NCBI RefSeq assembly: GCF_040217065.1
Contig: NZ_JAVJNX010000001.1
Location: 52,926-116,925 of the forward strand
Source: Nisaea sp.
GTDB taxonomy: Bacteria > Pseudomonadota > Alphaproteobacteria > Thalassobaculales > Thalassobaculaceae
DNA: 64,000 nt
Direction of reading: 5' to 3'
The notes under the pieces were generated by a model. It saw only the letters and a list, made by a program, of their open reading frames with translations, did not search any database and had not been told where the DNA came from. A program made the position numbers and the translations under genes. This document shows positions 58,798 to 64,000 of the stretch, piece after piece. Within the stretch, counting starts at the first letter, position 1. The number at the start of each line of letters is the position of its first letter.

Positions 58798-61470
58798 TCA
58801 GGCTTCTGCATCGCCCAGGATGGTCGCCTGCGCCGCGGCGATGCGCGCCACGGGCAGGCGGTTCGGCGCGCAGGAGACATAATCGAGGCCGATGGAATGA
58901 CAGAAGCGAACAGTCTTCGCATCGCCGCCATGCTCGCCGCAGATACCGATCAGCAATTTCGGGTTTTCCGCCCGTCCCCGTTCCGTCGCGATCCGCACCA
59001 GCTCCCCCACCCCTTCGATATCGAGGGTGACGAAGGGGTCGAGATCGACCACGGAATTGTTCATGTACGTGGTCAGGAACGCGTCCGCGTCATCGCGTGA
59101 CATGCCGAATACGGTGCGCGTCAGATCGTCCGTGCCAAAGCTGAAAAAATCGGCGCTCTTGGCGATCTCGCCGGCACGCAAAGCGGCGCGGGGCAGCTCG
59201 ATCAGGGTGCCGACCCTGTAGCTGATGGTGCAGCCGGTTTCCTGCTCGACCTCCGCCGCCACCCGGTCGACGATGACCCGGACGAAATCGAACTCCCGCT
59301 TGCCGACAACCAGCGGCACGGTGATTTCCAGCGTCACCGTGTCACCGAACTCCTGCAACACACTGCTCGCGGCCTCGAACATGGCGCGGACCTGCATATC
59401 GGTGATCTCGGGATAGGAAATCGCCAGCCGGCAGCCCCGATGGCCGAGGACAGGTACGATCTGGCGCACCGCCGCGACCCGCTTGCGCACGGCATCCACC
59501 GGCAGGCCGAGGGCCTCGGCTGTCTCCCGGTAGTCCCCGTCCGAGACCGGCAAGACCTGGTCGAGCGGTGGATCGAGCAGGCGGACCGCGACCGGAAATC
59601 CGCGCAACTCGCGGAACAGCCTTGTGAAGTCGTCCCGCTGCAGCGGGAACAGCCGCTCAAGTGACGGCCGACGTTCCTTCTCATTACGGGCCAGCGTCAA
59701 CTCTCGGACGGTCATGATGCGTTCCGGCGCAAAAAAAGTGTGCTCCGTGCTGACCAGACCGATTCCATCGGCGCCAAATGCGTGCGCGGCGCGGGCATCC
59801 TCCATGGTTTCCACATTGGCCCGGACATCGAGCTTGCGAATCTCGTCGGCCCAGGACACCAGGGTCTTCAGGTCTTCGGACAGTTGTGGCTCGACGGTCG
59901 GGATGCGGCCGAGATAAATACCGCCGCCGGTGCCGTCGAGGGTGATCTCGTCGCCATCACGCACGGTGATGTCGCCAACCGTGAAGCAGGTCCCTTCCGC
60001 ATTGATCCGGACCGTGCTGGCACCGCAGATGCAGGGCCGCCCCATGCCGCGTGCCACCACCGCCGCATGGCTGGTCAAACCGCCGCGTGCGGTCACGATG
60101 CCCGCTGCGGCATGCATGCCGTGAATGTCGTTCGGGCTGGTTTCCTTACGGACAAGGATGACGTCCTCGCCATCGCGGGACCGGCGGATGGCATCGTCCG
60201 GATCGAACACGGCGACGCCGCTGGCCGCCCCCGGCGAGGCCGGCAGGCCGCGGGCGATCGGCTCCGCGCCCACGGCGGGATCGACGGACGGATAGAGCAG
60301 GCTGTCGAGATCGTCCGGATTGACCCGCATCACGGCGTCCCGGCGGGAAATCAGGCCTTCGGCTTCCATATCGATGGCTATTTTCAGACCGGCCTCGACG
60401 GTGCGCTTGGCGGCGCGGGTCTGCAGCAGGAACAGCTCGCCGCCTTCGGCCGTGAATTCGATGTCCTGCATATCGCCATAGTGGCGTTCCAGGCGGTCAC
60501 AAAGGGTCTGAAGCTTGCCGAACAGGGTGGGCGCATGGACGGACAACGCCTTCGCATCCTCCGCCGCGCCATGCATGCCGCTTTCCACAAGCGGCAAGGG
60601 TGTGCGCAACCCGGAGACGACATCCTCGCCCTGGGCATTCGGCAAATACTCCCCGTACGGTTCTTTCACCCCGGTGGAAGGGTTACGGGTGAAGGCGACA
60701 CCGGTAACGCTCTCCTGGCCGAGATTGCCGAACACCATGGTTTGCACGGTGACCGCAGTGCCGGTTTCGTCCGCGATATCGTGGAGGGAGCGGTAGATCA
60801 CTGCACGCTGATTATTCCATGACCGGATCACGCCGCCGATTGCCCCCCAGAGCTGCTGCAGGGGATCTTCTGGGAATTTCTCGCCGGACTCGCTCTCGAC
60901 GATCTCCTTGAAGCGCGCGGCCATCCCGGCAAAGGCGTCGGCACTGAGATCGCGGTCGAAATCCGCGCCGTAATCTTCCTTGATCTCGTCGGCGGCCTCC
61001 TCGAACAGGAAGCCGTCCACATCGAGCACCACTTCGCCATACATGTTGATGAAACGGCGGTAGCAATCGTAGGCGAAGCGGCGGTCGCCGGACTTCCGGG
61101 CAAGGCCCTCAACCACGGCATCGTTGAGCCCAAGATTGAGCACCGTGTCCATCATCCCGGGCATCGAGGCGGCACTGCCGGAGCGGACGGAGACGAGCAG
61201 CGGGTTTTCCGGATCGCCGAACCGGGTGCCACGGGCTTTTTCAAGCTGTGCCAGCCCTTCCCGAACAGCGGCCTCAAGCGTGTCCGGAAAACTGCTGCCG
61301 TGGCTGTGATAATAACCGCAGACATCGGTGGTGATGGTGAAACCGGGCGGCACGGGCAGCCCGATAGCACTCATCTCGGCAAGATTGGCGCCCTTGGAGC
61401 CAAGCAGATCTTCCATACCGGCGGAGCCTTCTGCCACTCCCCCGCCGAATGTGTAGATCCACTTCTCCAT
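58798..61470 (-). CDS. ppdK: Pyruvate, phosphate dikinase (divergent PEP/pyruvate domain)
   Basis: KGANLAEM, SVRSG...SMPGMMDT, NAQGEDVV, GGLTSHAAVVARG, GICGEHGGD; canonical position after glyS. Confidence 0.92.
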   Translation of the reverse strand: MEKWIYTFGGGVAEGSAGMEDLLGSKGANLAEMSAIGLPVPPGFTITTDVCGYYHSHGSSFPDTLEAAVREGLAQLEKARGTRFGDPENPLLVSVRSGSAASMPGMMDTVLNLGLNDAVVEGLARKSGDRRFAYDCYRRFINMYGEVVLDVDGFLFEEAADEIKEDYGADFDRDLSADAFAGMAARFKEIVESESGEKFPEDPLQQLWGAIGGVIRSWNNQRAVIYRSLHDIADETGTAVTVQTMVFGNLGQESVTGVAFTRNPSTGVKEPYGEYLPNAQGEDVVSGLRTPLPLVESGMHGAAEDAKALSVHAPTLFGKLQTLCDRLERHYGDMQDIEFTAEGGELFLLQTRAAKRTVEAGLKIAIDMEAEGLISRRDAVMRVNPDDLDSLLYPSVDPAVGAEPIARGLPASPGAASGVAVFDPDDAIRRSRDGEDVILVRKETSPNDIHGMHAAAGIVTARGGLTSHAAVVARGMGRPCICGASTVRINAEGTCFTVGDITVRDGDEITLDGTGGGIYLGRIPTVEPQLSEDLKTLVSWADEIRKLDVRANVETMEDARAAHAFGADGIGLVSTEHTFFAPERIMTVRELTLARNEKERRPSLERLFPLQRDDFTRLFRELRGFPVAVRLLDPPLDQVLPVSDGDYRETAEALGLPVDAVRKRVAAVRQIVPVLGHRGCRLAISYPEITDMQVRAMFEAASSVLQEFGDTVTLEITVPLVVGKREFDFVRVIVDRVAAEVEQETGCTISYRVGTLIELPRAALRAGEIAKSADFFSFGTDDLTRTVFGMSRDDADAFLTTYMNNSVVDLDPFVTLDIEGVGELVRIATERGRAENPKLLIGICGEHGGDAKTVRFCHSIGLDYVSCAPNRLPVARIAAAQATILGDAEA

Positions 61471-61480
61471 CGCGCCGCCG

Positions 61481-63637
61481 TCAGGCCTCTATCTTCGAAA
61501 AATCCGCGATCCTGTGCGCGGCCGACCCGACCCGCGCCAACAGCGCCAGCCGGTTCCGGCGTACTGCCGGATCGTCGTCATTGACCGTCACCTTGTCGAA
61601 GAAGGCATCGACCGGCCCACGCAAACTCGCAAGAGCCGCCATGGCCGCTTCGAAATCCTCATCAGCGAGGGCTTTGTCGGCTCCATCTTCCGCCACAATC
61701 AAAGCCTGTGAAAGTGCCTTTTCCTCATCCTCTGCGAGCAAGCCGTCGTCGGTGCGGCCATCATAAGCCACACCGTCCTTCTTCTCCTCCGCACGCACGA
61801 TGTTGCCAGCCCGGCGGACACCTGCCAGCAGGTTGGCGCCATCATCGGTGGAAAGAACAGACTGCAACGCTGTTACACGAGCAAGCAGACGCACCAGATC
61901 GTCCTCGGAGCCAAGCGCGAACACGGCGGAAACCAGATCGTGCCGCACACCACCATCGCGCAAATGGACTTTCAATCGATCAGCGAAGAAATCGAGAAGC
62001 ACCAAAGGCACGATGCCACGAAGCACTTCTAGTTTTTCAGATGCCCCGTCAGCAACCATGTCCGCATAAGGTTCGCCAGCCTTATAGAATTCAGATTCTG
62101 GAATGATTTCTTTCAGTAACTCGATCGCATAACCGAAAGCTTCTTTAAGCGGCAGTCGCAGCTTGTTTTCCACAATCAGGCGAATGACGCCAAGCGCGGC
62201 CCGGCGCAGCGCGAACGGGTCCTTGGAGCCAGTCGGCTTCTCGTCGATGGCAAAGAATCCGGCGAGCGTGTCGAGCTTGTCAGCCAACGCGACGACGATG
62301 CTTTCAGGCGCGGTCGGGCAGCGGTCGTTCGGGCCCTGTGGCGCATAGTGGTCGGCGATGGCGTCGGCGACTTCCGGCGCCTCGCCGTCATGCAGCGCGT
62401 AATAGCGGCCCATGATGCCCTGCAATTCGGGGAACTCACCGACCATCTCGGTCACGAGATCCGCCTTGCAGAGCGTTGCCGCCCGCTTTGCCTTTGCGGC
62501 ATCGGCACCCGGCACATAGCCCGCGAGCCATTCCGCCAGCGCTTCCAGCCGCGCCCTCTTGTCCGCAACGGTGCCGAGCTTCTGGTAGAACAGGATGTCG
62601 GACAGTTTGACTGTCCGGGCCTCCAGCTTCACCGCCCGGTCCTGATCCCAGAAGAATTTCGCGTCCGACAGGCGGGCCCGCAGAACCTTTTCGTTCCCGG
62701 CCCGGATGGTCGCGTCCCGCTCCGGGTCCGCCGCCATGTTGGAGACGGTGATGAAACGGCTCGCAAGCGTGCCGTCGGCATGCTCGGCAGAGAAATATTT
62801 CTGGTGGCTGCGCATGGAAGTAACCAATGCTTCCGCCGGCACATCCATGAAGGCATCGTCGATCCGGCCCATGATCGGCACCGGCCATTCGACCAGACCG
62901 CAGACCTCTTCCAGCAGGCCCTGATCCGGCTTCACCGTCAGGCTTTCGGCCTTGGCGAGCGCGGCGGCGCCTTCCTCGATGATGCGTTTGCGCTCTTCCC
63001 GGTCGATGATGACGAAAGCCGCGCGCAGCTTCGCCTGATAGTCCGCGAAATCGCTGACCGTGATGGCATCGGGCGCCAGGAAACGGTGACCGCGCGTCTG
63101 GTTCGTGAAAATCAGCGCGCCGCCGCCGAGATCGATCTCGCCATCCAACGTCTCGCCGCCGAATACCGCCAAGACGCCATGCATCGGACGCACCCAGCGG
63201 AAGGCGTGACGGCCCCAGCGCATGCTTTTCGGCCAGGCCAGTTCCTTCACCGCCTCGGCGAGAATGCCCGGCAGCACGGAGCGGGTTTCCGCGCCCTTGG
63301 TTTCGACCACGGCATAGAGGAACGTGCCTTTCGGCGTTTCCCGCTTCTCGCACTGATCCAGCGTCAGGCCGACGGACCCGAGGAAACCCGCGAGGGCTTT
63401 CTCCGGCGCATCGGCTTTCGGGCCACGGCGTTCCTCGCTGGTATCCGGCTGCTTGTCCGGCAGACCGTCGATCACAGCGATCAGGCGGCGCGGGGTCACA
63501 TTTGCGGTGGCCGAGCTGTAGTCCAGACCAGCCTTCTTCAGCTTCTGGGTCAGCAGGGACAGCAGGTCGTCCGCTGCCTTCTTCTGCATCCGGGCCGGAA
63601 TTTCCTCACTGAAGAGTTCGACGAGCAACTCAGACAT
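61481..63637 (-). CDS. glyS: Glycine--tRNA ligase beta subunit
   Basis: [52 protein letters not shown]. Confidence 0.98.
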   Translation of the reverse strand: MSELLVELFSEEIPARMQKKAADDLLSLLTQKLKKAGLDYSSATANVTPRRLIAVIDGLPDKQPDTSEERRGPKADAPEKALAGFLGSVGLTLDQCEKRETPKGTFLYAVVETKGAETRSVLPGILAEAVKELAWPKSMRWGRHAFRWVRPMHGVLAVFGGETLDGEIDLGGGALIFTNQTRGHRFLAPDAITVSDFADYQAKLRAAFVIIDREERKRIIEEGAAALAKAESLTVKPDQGLLEEVCGLVEWPVPIMGRIDDAFMDVPAEALVTSMRSHQKYFSAEHADGTLASRFITVSNMAADPERDATIRAGNEKVLRARLSDAKFFWDQDRAVKLEARTVKLSDILFYQKLGTVADKRARLEALAEWLAGYVPGADAAKAKRAATLCKADLVTEMVGEFPELQGIMGRYYALHDGEAPEVADAIADHYAPQGPNDRCPTAPESIVVALADKLDTLAGFFAIDEKPTGSKDPFALRRAALGVIRLIVENKLRLPLKEAFGYAIELLKEIIPESEFYKAGEPYADMVADGASEKLEVLRGIVPLVLLDFFADRLKVHLRDGGVRHDLVSAVFALGSEDDLVRLLARVTALQSVLSTDDGANLLAGVRRAGNIVRAEEKKDGVAYDGRTDDGLLAEDEEKALSQALIVAEDGADKALADEDFEAAMAALASLRGPVDAFFDKVTVNDDDPAVRRNRLALLARVGSAAHRIADFSKIEA

Positions 63638-64000
63638 TGGCCGCCTCCCCCTTCGCGGCCTTACCGGCCTCGACCCATCGCTCGCAACAGCGCTTCGCCA
63701 GCGCCCGCACCCGGCCGATATAGGCCTGCCGTTCGGTCACGCTGATCACCCCGCGTGCATCCAGAAGATTGAAGGTATGGCTGGCTTTCATGCACTGGTC
63801 ATAGGCCGGCAGCGGCAGAGGCCGCTCATCGGAGAGAATGCGCTCGCATTCCGCTTCCGCGTCCTTGAAATGCTGGAACAGGGCGTCCGTCCCGGCGATC
63901 TCGAAATTCCAGGTGGAGAATTCCCGCTCGGCCTGCTGGAAGATATCGGCGTAGGTCTTGCCGCCCTCTTCCTTCGGCACGCCGTCCCAGTCGAGTTCGA
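63630..64000 (-). CDS. glyQ: Glycine--tRNA ligase alpha subunit, C-terminal part (runs off window)
   Basis: [45 protein letters not shown]. Confidence 0.97.
   Translation of the reverse strand, partial: ELDWDGVPKEEGGKTYADIFQQAEREFSTWNFEIAGTDALFQHFKDAEAECERILSDERPLPLPAYDQCMKASHTFNLLDARGVISVTERQAYIGRVRALAKRCCERWVEAGKAAKGEAANV

Noticed and set aside
58798-61470. Calling ppdK a pseudogene
   Set aside because: The 890-aa frame is intact, with no stops or frameshifts, and retains the His, Cys and ATP-grasp motifs.

Overview
A ~64 kb GC-rich chromosomal segment of an alphaproteobacterium; gene content and order (glyQ-glyS-ppdK, tandem cyclophilins, rmlCBDA, bfd-bfr) suggest a Rhodospirillales-like organism (inference). 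I found no integrase, transposase, prophage or CRISPR array. 1-21 kb is a cell-surface region: three RTX/Ca-binding putative T1SS substrates (one a metzincin protease) and a stand-alone DUF4347 gene, interleaved with aspS, dTDP-rhamnose genes, four GT2 glycosyltransferases, an M23 peptidase, speD-speE and tRNA-Gly(CCC). 21-40 kb holds housekeeping and acid-sugar catabolism genes (apaG, folE, trkH, argE, an IlvD/Edd sugar-acid dehydratase, otnK/otnI/denD), a sensor-less PleC/DivJ-like kinase, an iron-storage locus with recurrent Fur-like boxes and an Irr-type box, cobQ and two cyclophilins. 40-50 kb is a nucleoside uptake/catabolism operon extended by DUF2937 and a UDG-like gene. 50-64 kb holds transporters, an SDR/FAH pair, dgoK, a PRISE-like reductase, ppdK and glyQS. 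Most notable: a possible rhamnosylation system for RTX surface proteins, three unannotated structured-RNA candidates, a PPDK with substituted PEP-binding residues, and a low-GC in-frame patch inside glyS. All calls come from motif recognition; no database searches were run.
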